Source: an uncultured Verrucomicrobiae bacterium
Lineage (GTDB): Bacteria; Verrucomicrobiota; Verrucomicrobiia; Chthoniobacterales; Chthoniobacteraceae
NCBI GenBank assembly: GCA_963836755.1
Contig: CAWIKF010000001.1
Span: 352,001-416,000 of the forward strand
Direction of reading: 5' to 3'
Length of the DNA: 64,000 nucleotides
This document shows positions 45,509 through 54,824 of this stretch, piece by piece. Numbering within the stretch: position 1 is the first letter of the stretch; each line of letters begins with the position of its first letter. A program made the position numbers and the translations under genes. Under the pieces are notes generated by a model. It did no database searches, was not told the DNA's origin, and saw nothing but the letters and a program-made list of their open reading frames with translations.

Positions 45509-45693
45509 GGTCGCAGGCGCTATTTGCGCGAGCGGAGATTGCTAACCGCGAAAAGCGGCGACGTAAACTTGAAACTTCGCGAGCGGAAAAAGGGATGCGG
45601 AACCGCGGAGTCTGGCTGGCGTCCGGATTTGGAACTTTTTCGGAGTAAAATCGCGCCGCTCCAGAGTAAAACCACTTTTTTGACCGACTCTGC

Positions 45694-45966
45694 GTGCAGG
45701 ATCGCCCAAACGGGAGCCGCGCGGGCGACCCGGCGTGCCGGATCGGTCAAACAGGAGCTGTGCGGGCGATCCTGAGTGCCGGATCGGTCAAATCGGAGCT
45801 GCGCGAGCGATCCTGCGTGCCGGATCGGTCAAACAGGAGCTGCGCGGGCGACCCGGGGTCTAGGATCGTTCAAATCGGAGCTGTGCGAGCGAGCCGGCGT
45901 GCAGGATCGGTCGCGCGGGAGCTGTGCGAGCAAGTCTGCACGCAGATTCGCCCAAACCGGGAGCCG
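45694..45966. repeat. Degenerate tandem array, about 6.5 copies of a 41-bp unit
   Basis: Unit starts at 45694, 45735, 45776, 45817, 45858, 45899, 45940; consensus approx GTGCCGGATCGGTCAAACAGGAGCTGYGCGRGCGAYCCKGC. Confidence 0.93.
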
Positions 45967-46069
45967 TTTCACCAGATCCTTCGCACGACTCGGAATGAAG
46001 GTTAAAAAAAGTTCGCTGCCGCGCGGCGAGGCTGTTGACTTTTCCGCGAGAAATTTTAAAAACGCGCCC

Positions 46070-46459
46070 GTGCCCCGCGCTGCTCTCCGCTTCGGCCAAT
46101 GGCTGCTCGTCGCCGCTCTGCTGAGCGCGACCGGCGCCCAATGGCTCGCGCTGCAATCGGTGGCGTGGGGGACGATGCTGGTCGATTACGCGCAGCATGA
46201 CGGGTGGGCCACGGCGATTGAGAAAACCTTCGACGGCTTGCATCCGTGCGCTCTTTGCAAAAGCATCGCGCAGGGGAAGAAGGCGGAGAAAAAGCCCGAG
46301 GCAGTCGTCGTGGTGGTAAAGTTGAATTGGTTTCATCAGTCGCAAAATCTGGTGCTGGCGAGGCCGGCAGCGCCCTGGACGTGGCGCGTGGAATCGGGTG
46401 GGTGCGAGGCGCGTTTTGAGCAGCCCGCGCTGCCACCGCCGCGAAGCGCGCTCGCGTAG
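46070..46459 (+). CDS. DUF2946-like small protein with CxxC and C-terminal Pro-rich motif
   Basis: N-terminal hydrophobic segment, FDGLHPCALC, terminal PALPPPR. Confidence 0.75.
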   Translation: MPRAALRFGQWLLVAALLSATGAQWLALQSVAWGTMLVDYAQHDGWATAIEKTFDGLHPCALCKSIAQGKKAEKKPEAVVVVVKLNWFHQSQNLVLARPAAPWTWRVESGGCEARFEQPALPPPRSALA

Positions 46460-46563
46460 TTCGCCGTTTCCCGACGCCGTGCGTGTGCACGTGCCGTCAA
46501 ACTTTTACCCGCGCGGAGAGTCGCGCCGTTGCGCGGCGTTCCGCCACTTCATTCCACTCTTTT

Positions 46564-47620
46564 ATGAAAACAAATCATCTCCACTTTTATCCTCACTTCC
46601 GTCATGGCAGTCGCCGCCGCCCATGCGTGCGATCTGTGCGGCTGTTACACGCCGCAACTCGAAACCAGCATGTCCGAGCCGGCCGGCCCGCTGACCAATC
46701 AGCATCCGGAGGCCGCGACCTCGTCTTCGCGGCTTTACGGCGCGGTGGGCGAGCAGTTCACGCATTTCGGCACCACGCAATACAACGACCACGAAGTCGC
46801 GAACCCGACGGGCCAGCGGCTGGAAAGTTCCATCACGCAGATCGTCGCCGGCTACACGTTCACCGACCGCTTTGCGCTGCAGGTCAATGTCCCGCTCATC
46901 TACCGCTATTACAAACGGCCGGATGGGTTCGAAATCGATCGCGGCACGGAATCGGGCGTCGGCGATGTGTCGGTGCTCGGGAAGTTCGTCCTTTTCCACA
47001 CCGAGGCGCTTCGTTCGCAGGAAAGTTCCGGCGATGGAAAAAATGCCGTCGTCACGCAAGGCGAGCCGGACTTTACGGCATCGGCCGTCTTGCTCGGTGG
47101 CGTCAAAGTTCCCACCGGCGACAGCCATCGCATCTCGGAGGAATTTCACGAAAACGATGTCGAGGGCGCGCCGGAAAGCGGCATCCACGGCCACGATCTC
47201 ACGCTCGGCACCGGCTCGTGGGACGCGATCATGGGCGCGCAGGTTTCGATGCGTTACAAGAATGCGTTTTTCGAGGCCGACTCGCAATTCACGCTGCGCG
47301 GCGAGAGCCACTACAGCTATCATTTCGCGAATGATCTCTCGTGGAGCGGCGGCCCCGGCTACTACCTGATCCGCCATCGCGACGCGCTGCTCGGCCTGCA
47401 ATGCGTGCTCTCTGGCGAAAACAAAAGCACCGACCGATTCCAGGGACGCGTCGCCGATGACACCGGCGTGACCGCGCTCTACGTCGGGCCGAAAGTGCTG
47501 GTTTCGTTCGGCCGCTACAGCGGAGAAATCGGCGCCGATCTGCCGGTGCTGATGAACACGACGAAGTTCCAGGTCGTGCCTGATTATCGCATCCGCGCTG
47601 GATTCGCGGTGCGGTTTTAA
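46564..47620 (+). CDS. Outer-membrane beta-barrel 'transporter' with N-terminal CxxCxC; +1 frameshift in signal peptide
   Basis: Removing one A from ATGAAAAC gives MKQIISTFILTSVMAVAAAHA-CDLCGC; SGVGDV, VKVPTG, LGTGSWD; terminal YRIRAGFAVRF beta-signal. Confidence 0.8.
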
Positions 47621-47676
47621 ATCGTGCGTCGCAGGAGAAACTTTGTTCCGCGTCCCGCTCTTTTAAAACGAATCCG

Positions 47677-48868
47677 CTACGCGAAAAAGCGCTCCGGCGG
47701 CATCATCGGCTGCGGCTTGCAAATGCGATCGACGCAGCTCTGCCAGCTTTCGTGGCCGGTGAGGATTTCGATTTCGACGCGCAAAAAATACATCGGCACG
47801 TCAAACTTTTCGAGCCGCGGCAGTCGCACGCAATCCTTCTCCGTCGTGATGACGGCGTCGACGTCGCGGTTCGAGCAGCGCGCGATGAAGCCGCTGACTT
47901 CCTTGTCGGTAAAACGATGATGGTCCGCGAAATGCCGCGTGAGTTCGATGTTCGCGCCGAGCTCGCGCAGCGCCATCTCGAAGCTTTCCGGCGACGCGAT
48001 TGCGCTGAGCGCTCCGACGTATTTCCCGCGCAGCCAGTCGAGCGGCAGCCGTTCGCCGGTCTGCACGTGCTCGAGGTATTGCGGGCGATGCGCGCACTCG
48101 ATGATCTCGGCGGTGCGATTGTAAAGTGCGGATGCGCTCGATGAGTTCCTTGTTGCCCGCCGGCGTGCTTTTCGTGATGAAAATATACGAGGCGCGTCGG
48201 AGATTTTTCGGCGGCTCGCGCAGCGTTCCGCGCGGCAAAAGATATTCGTTTCCAAACGGCGCCTGGCAATCGATGAGCACGATGTCCAAACGATGTTTTA
48301 AATGAATGAACTGCATCCCGTCATCGAGCAGCAGCGTGTCGCAGCCCATTTTATCGATGGCGTAGAGCCCGCTCGCGACGCGGTTTTTGTCCACCAAGAC
48401 GATCACGTCCTTCAAGTTCACCGCGAGCATGTAGGGCTCGTCGCCGGCCATGCGCGAGTCGAGCAAAATGCTGGTGCCGTCGCTGACGATGCGCGGCTGG
48501 TAAGGCGCGCGATTGGTGAGCGCGTGGATCCATCTTTTTAACAGCGGCAGCTTTTTGCTTTTGTAGCCGCGGCTCAGGATCGCGACGCGCCGCCCGCCGG
48601 CCTGCAGCGCGCGAGCGAACTTTTCCACGACCGGAGTTTTGCCCGTGCCGCCGACGGTGAGGTTGCCAATCGCGATCACGAGACAGCCGAGCTGCCGCTC
48701 GCGCTTGATGCGTTTGCGATAAAGCCAGAGCCGGAATTGCACGGCGCCGCCGTAAACATGCGACAACAGATATAAAACAGCGCGCAACACCGCCGCACGC
48801 TTGCCGCCGCGCTGCTCGAGGATGACCTCGATGGCAAACTGCTCGAACTCCTCCAGCCAGCGCCGCAT
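47677..48868 (-). CDS. lpxK: Tetraacyldisaccharide 4'-kinase, +1 frameshift near 48125
   Basis: [35 protein letters not shown] in one frame; [12 protein letters not shown] in the next frame. Confidence 0.92.
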
Positions 48869-49705
48869 TTAAAAAAGGATGCGCACGCCGTCGTTGTCCG
48901 CCGTGGTGATGATGGTGCGCGCGCTTTTTTCGCCGCTCGCCGCGAGCATCGCCGCGGCAACTTTTTCCGCGTCGCGCAAAGTCACGCAGCAGATCGTCGA
49001 GCCACTGCCGCTGAGGAATCCGCCGAGCGCGCCGGCCGCTTCGCCCGCGCTGATGACATTGTTTAAAAATGGGATGAGCGGCTCGCGAAACGGCTGGTGA
49101 AGCCCATCTGCGAACGCTCCGCGCAATTGCGCGTAATTCTGCGACGCAAAGGCGGCGGTGATTCGGCAGGCGTTCGCGCAGCTCGCGGCGGCGGCAGTGC
49201 GGTCGATCTGCGCGGGCAGCACGCGCCGCGCATCGGGCGTCGCGATTTCAAAATCGGGAATCAACAAAACGAATTGCAACGCATCGGCGACGAGAAAACG
49301 CGCGGGCGCTTCGCCGCCGGCGACGGTGAAGCCGCCGAAGGCCGCGGGCGCGGCGTTGTCGGGGTGGCCTTCGAGTTCCGCGCAAAGTTTAAACAGCCGT
49401 TGCGACGAGAGCGGCGTGTCCGCGAGGACATTGAGCGCGTGCAAGATGCCGAGGCGCACCGTGACGCTGCTGCCGAGCCCGCGCGACCGCGGCACGTCGC
49501 CGGAGATTTCAAAATCGAACGCAAACGGCGCGACCGACGCCGCTGCGAAAAAAGCCGCAGCCGCTTCCGCCGGCATGCCGTCCGAACTTTGATCGGCGTC
49601 GCATTTCCAGACGCGGACGCGATTGTAAATCTGCAGCGCGACGCCGAGGCAATCGTATCCGGGGCCAAGATTCGCGGTGGTCGCGGGGATCTGGATGGTG
49701 ACCAT
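48869..49705 (-). CDS. thrB: Homoserine kinase
   Basis: PATTANLGPGYDCLG, PRSRGLGSS, EGHPDNAAPA, LSGSGST. Confidence 0.96.
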   Translation of the reverse strand: MVTIQIPATTANLGPGYDCLGVALQIYNRVRVWKCDADQSSDGMPAEAAAAFFAAASVAPFAFDFEISGDVPRSRGLGSSVTVRLGILHALNVLADTPLSSQRLFKLCAELEGHPDNAAPAAFGGFTVAGGEAPARFLVADALQFVLLIPDFEIATPDARRVLPAQIDRTAAAASCANACRITAAFASQNYAQLRGAFADGLHQPFREPLIPFLNNVISAGEAAGALGGFLSGSGSTICCVTLRDAEKVAAAMLAASGEKSARTIITTADNDGVRILF

Positions 49706-49707
49706 GA

Positions 49708-49810
49708 GATTTAGGATTTGGAATTTGGCATTTAGGAAGTTGCTCGCGAAACGCGCGCCGTTGCGAAAGGCTGCTTACTTCCTAAATCTTAAATCCTAAA
49801 TCCTAAATTC
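49708..49810. repeat. Two inverted blocks of heptamer tandem repeats (ATTTAGG / CCTAAAT)
   Basis: gatttaggatttggaatttggcatttaggaagt ... acttcctaaatcttaaatcctaaatcctaaatt. Confidence 0.85.
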
Positions 49811-49815
49811 TTAAA

Positions 49816-50559
49816 ATGTCCCGCCTCGACGACCGCGCGCCCAGCCAACTTCGCCAAGTTTCTTTCACGCCAAACATCGCGCCGCATGCGACCGGCTCCG
49901 TGTTGGCGGCGTTTGGCGAGACGCGCGTGATTTGCGCGGCGATGATTGAAGAGGGCGTGCCGCGCTGGATGAAAGAGCAGCGGGTGAGCGGTGGCTGGAT
50001 CACGGCGGAATATTCGATGCTGCCGTATTCGACGCTCGGGCGGAAACCGCGCGATATTTCGAAGGGAAAACTCGACGGGCGCGGCGTTGAAATCCAGCGA
50101 CTCATCGGGCGCTCGCTGCGCGCGGCGGTGGATCTGGAGCTGCTCGGCGCGCGGACGCTGTGGATCGATTGCGATGTGTTGCAGGCCGATGGCGGGACGC
50201 GCACGGCGGCGATCACTGGCAGTTGCGTGGCCGTCGCGCTCGCTTTTCAAAAACTGCTCGCTGAAAAAAAAGTGGCGCAGTTGCCGATCAAAAAAATGAT
50301 CGCAGCAGTCAGCGTCGGCATCGTGAACGGCGAGCCGATGCTCGATTTGAATTACGAGGAGGACAAGGAGGCGAGCGTCGATCTGAACATGGTGTTAACG
50401 GAAGATGGCCACTTTGTGGAAGTGCAGGGCGCGGGCGAGGAGGCGACTTTTTCGCAGGAGGAATTTGTGGCGATGCTCGAGCTCGGGCGGCGCGGCGTCG
50501 TTGATTTGATTGTTGCCCAAAAGGCCGCGCTCGCGCAATTTACGCCGCTGAATTTATGA
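49816..50559 (+). CDS. rph: Ribonuclease PH
   Basis: [41 protein letters not shown]. Confidence 0.98.
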   Translation: MSRLDDRAPSQLRQVSFTPNIAPHATGSVLAAFGETRVICAAMIEEGVPRWMKEQRVSGGWITAEYSMLPYSTLGRKPRDISKGKLDGRGVEIQRLIGRSLRAAVDLELLGARTLWIDCDVLQADGGTRTAAITGSCVAVALAFQKLLAEKKVAQLPIKKMIAAVSVGIVNGEPMLDLNYEEDKEASVDLNMVLTEDGHFVEVQGAGEEATFSQEEFVAMLELGRRGVVDLIVAQKAALAQFTPLNL

Positions 50560-51554
50560 AAAAAGCGCTCATCACCGGAATCACCGGCCAGGACGGTTCG
50601 TATCTCGCCGATTTGCTTTTGAAAAAAGGTTACGAGGTCCACGGGATCATCCGGCGCGCGAGCACGTTCAACACTTCGCGCATCGATCATCTTTACCAGG
50701 ATCCGCATGTGCACGGCGTGCATCTTTTTTTGCATTACGGCGATCTCGCGGACGCGCTGAATTTGACGCGCTTGATCGATCGCGTCGGGCCGGATGAAAT
50801 TTACCATCTCGGCGCGCAAAGCCACGTGCGCGTGAGTTTCGACATCCCGGAATACACGGGCGACGTGTCGGGGCTCGCGACGATCCGCATCCTCGAGGCG
50901 ATCCGCGAATCAAAAGTGCAGGCCCGTTTTTACCAGGCCTCGTCGAGCGAAATGTATGGCAAAGTGCAGGCGGTGCCGCAGATCGAGACGACGCCTTTTT
51001 GGCCGCGCAGCCCGTATGCGGTCGCGAAAGTGTATGCGTATTGGGCGACGGTGAATTACCGCGAGAGCTACGGCATGCACGCGAGCAATGGCATTCTTTT
51101 CAACCACGAAAGTCCTCGTCGCGGCGAGACTTTCGTGACGCGGAAAATCACGCGCGCTGTCGCTCGGATCAAACGCGGACTGCAAAAAGATTTGTATCTC
51201 GGCAATCTCGATTCGAAGCGCGACTGGGGTTACGCGAAGGAATACGTCGAAGGAATGTGGCGCATGTTGCAGCAGGAGACGCCGGACGATTACGTGCTGG
51301 CGACGAACGAAACGCACACGGTGCGCGAGTTTGTCGAGGCATCGTTCGCGCGGGTCGGTCTCGACTGGCAGGAGTATGTGAAATACGATGCGCGCTACGA
51401 GCGGCCGGCCGAGGTGGATTTGCTGATCGGCGATCCGGCGAAAGCGAAGGAAAAGCTCGGTTGGGAACCGAAGGTGCGTTTCAAGGAGCTCGTGGAAATC
51501 ATGGTCGACGCGGATTTGAAAGAGATCGACCAGCCGGGGACGATCCATCTTTAA
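50556..51554 (+). CDS. gmd: GDP-mannose 4,6-dehydratase
   Basis: [39 protein letters not shown]. Confidence 0.98.
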   Translation: MKKALITGITGQDGSYLADLLLKKGYEVHGIIRRASTFNTSRIDHLYQDPHVHGVHLFLHYGDLADALNLTRLIDRVGPDEIYHLGAQSHVRVSFDIPEYTGDVSGLATIRILEAIRESKVQARFYQASSSEMYGKVQAVPQIETTPFWPRSPYAVAKVYAYWATVNYRESYGMHASNGILFNHESPRRGETFVTRKITRAVARIKRGLQKDLYLGNLDSKRDWGYAKEYVEGMWRMLQQETPDDYVLATNETHTVREFVEASFARVGLDWQEYVKYDARYERPAEVDLLIGDPAKAKEKLGWEPKVRFKELVEIMVDADLKEIDQPGTIHL

Positions 51555-51638
51555 GCTTTGTCGGCGAGTTGGCCAATGCTGCGCCAACTTGGATCCCATT
51601 TTTATCCAGCCGCCGCGCGCGACCGTGCCAGAAATCGC

Positions 51639-51678
51639 TTGACCGCGCGCGGTGAAGCCGAGAGTGTATCCGCCCTTT
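51639..51678 (+). promoter_or_regulatory. Putative rpmB promoter
   Basis: TTGACC-17 nt-GAGTGT-ATCCGCCCTTT. Confidence 0.5.
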
Positions 51679-51691
51679 AACACGGAAATTT

Positions 51692-51955
51692 ATGTCGAGA
51701 CTTTGCGCCATCACCCAAGCCAAGCCCTCCAAGGGCCACGTCATCCATCGCCGAGGCATGGCGAAGAAAAAAGGCGGCGTCGGCCGTCACGTCACCGCGA
51801 ACACGCCGCGCATGTTCCTGCCGAACCTCAAGGTGCGCCGCATTTGGGTCGCGGAACTGAAGAAGTTCGTCACCGTGAAATTGACGGCACGCGCAATTAA
51901 AACCGTGACGAAAAACGGTGCCTATGCCACGCTGAAAAAAGCGGGCGTCATCTAG
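51692..51955 (+). CDS. rpmB: 50S ribosomal protein L28
   Basis: MSRLCAIT, RRGMAKKKGGVG, RMFLPNL..RIWV.EL.KFV. Confidence 0.95.
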   Translation: MSRLCAITQAKPSKGHVIHRRGMAKKKGGVGRHVTANTPRMFLPNLKVRRIWVAELKKFVTVKLTARAIKTVTKNGAYATLKKAGVI

Positions 51956-51993
51956 ATTTCGCCGCGCCCAACCAAAATCCAACCAACCCAACC

Positions 51994-52203
51994 ATGGCCT
52001 ACACAGTAACCAGCAAAAAATCAGGCAAAACCTATCACCTGCATGAGCGCAGGCAAAAACTCAAAGGCGGACAAGAAGTGACGCTTTATTTCTTCGCGGG
52101 CCAACCGCAGGACGGCGCGATCGAGCAGCTCCCGAATGGCTACGAAGTCTCGGAAAACACGAAGACCGGTTTGCCCTTGCTCAAGAAAAAAGTCGCGGCC
52201 TAA
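51994..52203 (+). CDS. Small basic hypothetical protein (69 aa)
   Basis: Clean ORF between rpmB and a terminator; YHLH..LKGG..LYFF..LPNGYEVSEN.KTGLPLLKKK. Confidence 0.8.
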   Translation: MAYTVTSKKSGKTYHLHERRQKLKGGQEVTLYFFAGQPQDGAIEQLPNGYEVSENTKTGLPLLKKKVAA

Positions 52204-52229
52204 GCCGCTTCCGCAATCGAACATTTTCC

Positions 52230-52267
52230 CGGCGGCTCGGTCGAAGGATCGAGCCGCCGATTTTTTT
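52230..52267 (+). terminator. Intrinsic terminator
   Basis: CGGCGGCTCGgtc-gaag-gatCGAGCCGCCG followed by aTTTTTTT. Confidence 0.85.
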
Positions 52268-52271
52268 GTCC

Positions 52272-53231
52272 ATGAACGAAATCACCACTCCCATCCCCGT
52301 GACGATCCTGACCGGCTTTCTCGGCGCGGGAAAAACCACGTTGCTGAATTTTATTTTGCAGCAGCAGCACGGCTACAAATTCGCAATCATCGTCAACGAA
52401 GTCGGCGAGATCGGCATTGACGGCCAGCTCGTGGAGAACCAGCGCGAGGAAGTCGTGCAGATGAACAACGGCTGCGTCTGCTGCACGGTGCGCAAGGATT
52501 TGGTGAAGGGCGTGCAGAAACTTTTGCAGCGCGGCGGCTTCGATTACCTGCTCATCGAGACCACCGGCATCGCCGATCCCGGCCCGGTCGCGCAAACTTT
52601 TTTAAACATCCCGCAGCTCACCAAACTCGTCCGGCTCGATTCGATCATCACCGTGGTGGACGCCGAGCAGATCGAGAAACAAATGGGCGAGACCGAGACA
52701 GCGCGCGAGCAAATCGCGATGGCCGATTTTGTCCTGCTCAATAAAACGGACCTTGTGGACGGTGTGCACCTGGAAAAAACCGAGACGGAAATTCGCGCGC
52801 TCAATCCGCACGCGGAAATTTTTCGCACAAGCCAGTCTCAGGCGAACCTGCGCGAGCTGCTCGACATGAACGCTTTCAACGTGGACCAAAAAATCGCGGT
52901 CGATCCGCGATTTCTCGACGAGCTCGAGCATCGGCATCACGAGGATATTTCCTCGATGTCGTTTCGCTTCGACCGGCCATTCAATGTCGATAAGTTCGAA
53001 CTTTTCGTGCAGGAACTTTCCTCGCGCGAAAAAGTTTACCGCTCAAAAGGCATCATCTCCATCGCGCAAAATCCGCGGCGCGCGATTTTTCACGGCGTCA
53101 ATAATCGCTTCACGATCTTCTGGGATCGGCTCTGGAACAAGGACGAGGAGCGAATCAGCCAACTCGTTTTCATCGGGAAAAAACTCGATCAAACCGCCAT
53201 CAAAAGAAGCCTGGAAAAGTGTCTCGCTTGA
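52272..53231 (+). CDS. COG0523/CobW family G3E GTPase (metallochaperone)
   Basis: TGFLGAGKTT, NGCVCC, ETTG, NKTD, CobW_C-type C-terminus. Confidence 0.95.
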   Translation: MNEITTPIPVTILTGFLGAGKTTLLNFILQQQHGYKFAIIVNEVGEIGIDGQLVENQREEVVQMNNGCVCCTVRKDLVKGVQKLLQRGGFDYLLIETTGIADPGPVAQTFLNIPQLTKLVRLDSIITVVDAEQIEKQMGETETAREQIAMADFVLLNKTDLVDGVHLEKTETEIRALNPHAEIFRTSQSQANLRELLDMNAFNVDQKIAVDPRFLDELEHRHHEDISSMSFRFDRPFNVDKFELFVQELSSREKVYRSKGIISIAQNPRRAIFHGVNNRFTIFWDRLWNKDEERISQLVFIGKKLDQTAIKRSLEKCLA

Positions 53232-54769
53232 AAAATTTACTTCTCTGCGGCGCGATTTTGAGCGCGCTTATGCTTTCGGCGGCGCGCGCCGACGATTCAC
53301 AATCGTCGCCATCGCCCGCGCAAAAAGCCGATGCGTCGCCGAAGCCGGAAAAAGAATCCGCCGATGCGAAGGAGGCGCCGCCAAAGGAAACCATCGGCAC
53401 CGCGCAAATCGCCGGGGCGTCGCTCGCCTACCATGTGAAGACCGGCATGATGCCGATTTTGAAAGACGACGGCGGCGTGCGCGCGAACTTGTTTTACGTT
53501 TATTACAAGCTCGATTCGGGAGGCGATGCGGCGAAGCGCCCGATCACTTTTTGTTTCAATGGCGGGCCCGGATCGTCTTCCGTCTGGCTGCATCTCGGCG
53601 CCTTTGGACCAAAAAAAGTTCAGCTTCCGTCGGGAACTGAGGCGTCGTCGCCAGCTGCGAAAATCGTGGATAATCCGAACTCGATCCTCGACGCGACCGA
53701 CCTCGTTTTTATCGATCCGATCGCGACCGGGCTGAGCCGCGCGGCGAAAGGGGAAAAGCAGGAGCAATTTTTCGATGTGGATGAAGACATCAAGGCCGCT
53801 GGCGAATTCATCCGGCTTTTCGTTACGCGCGAAAACCGCTGGCTCTCGCCGAAGTATCTATGCGGCGAAAGTTACGGCGGGCTGCGCGTCGGCGGGCTCG
53901 TGCCGTATTTGCAGGATGAGCACGGGATGAACATCGACGGCGTGATTGTTCTCTCCGGGCTGCTGGATTTCGAGACGCTCTACGAGGACGGCAGCAATGA
54001 ACTGCCGTTTGTGCTTTCGCTGCCTGCGTTCGCCGCGACCGCGTCTTATTATCATAAACTCGCACCCGATTTGCAGGCCGATCTTCCGAAGGCGCTGCGC
54101 GAGGCGCGCGAGTTTGCGCACGGCGCATACGCGACGGCTTTGTTGAAAGGAAATGCGATTGATCCCGGCGAAAAACAGCGCGTCGCCGAGCAGCTCTCGC
54201 GTTTCACCGGCCTCGCCGCGCGCGACATCAGCGACACGAATCTGCGCATCACTCCCGATATTTTTCGAAGCCTGCTGCTGCGGCAGGAGGGAAAAATTCT
54301 CGGCCGCTTCGATGCGCGCATCACTGCGGACAGCCGGGAAAAACTTCACAATTGGCCCGAGTTTGACCCGTCGCTTTCGGCCGTGCTGCCGATTTTTTCC
54401 GCCGGCGTGAACGACTACGTTCGCGACAATCTCGGCTACAAAAGCGATGCGCCTTATCACGTGCTCGGCGCGCTGCCGTGGCATTACGGGCAGTTTTCGA
54501 ATCGCTACGCGTCGATGACTGAAAAACTCGGCGGAGCGCTTCGGCAGGATCCGCACATGCGTCTGCTGGTGCTGCTGGGCAAATACGATCTGGCGATTCC
54601 CGGCGACGAGATGCGCTACAGCATCGATCATCTGCCAATCCCGGACAGCCTGCGCGGCAACGTCACTTTCGCGAGCTACGACAGCGGCCACATGATGTAT
54701 TTGAACCCGCCAGATGCCGCCAAATTGCGCGCCGACCTCCTCGCCTTTTATCACGGCACGAAACCTTGA
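53219..54769 (+). CDS. Serine carboxypeptidase, S10 family, secreted
   Basis: FNGGPGSSS, FIDP..TG.S, GESYG, SGHMMY. Confidence 0.93.
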   Translation: MSRLKNLLLCGAILSALMLSAARADDSQSSPSPAQKADASPKPEKESADAKEAPPKETIGTAQIAGASLAYHVKTGMMPILKDDGGVRANLFYVYYKLDSGGDAAKRPITFCFNGGPGSSSVWLHLGAFGPKKVQLPSGTEASSPAAKIVDNPNSILDATDLVFIDPIATGLSRAAKGEKQEQFFDVDEDIKAAGEFIRLFVTRENRWLSPKYLCGESYGGLRVGGLVPYLQDEHGMNIDGVIVLSGLLDFETLYEDGSNELPFVLSLPAFAATASYYHKLAPDLQADLPKALREAREFAHGAYATALLKGNAIDPGEKQRVAEQLSRFTGLAARDISDTNLRITPDIFRSLLLRQEGKILGRFDARITADSREKLHNWPEFDPSLSAVLPIFSAGVNDYVRDNLGYKSDAPYHVLGALPWHYGQFSNRYASMTEKLGGALRQDPHMRLLVLLGKYDLAIPGDEMRYSIDHLPIPDSLRGNVTFASYDSGHMMYLNPPDAAKLRADLLAFYHGTKP

Positions 54770-54778
54770 GGCGGCATA

Positions 54779-54819
54779 TTGCTATTCGTTGCGCGCTGCA
54801 CGAATGTATCCGCCCTTTT
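54779..54819 (+). promoter_or_regulatory. Putative uvrA promoter
   Basis: TTGCTA-17 nt-GAATGT-ATCCGCCCTTT. Confidence 0.5.
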
Positions 54820-54824
54820 AAAAA

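Noticed and set aside
44411..45775. 454-aa plus-strand ORF
   Set aside because: Antisense shadow of the sugar isomerase gene
45694..45966. CRISPR array
   Set aside because: Units are contiguous with no unique spacers, and there are no cas genes in the window
45694..46069. ORFs 45694-46005 and the 5' extension of 45776-46459 as real coding sequence
   Set aside because: They run through a 41-bp repeat that is not a codon multiple; the protein-like part starts at GTG 46070
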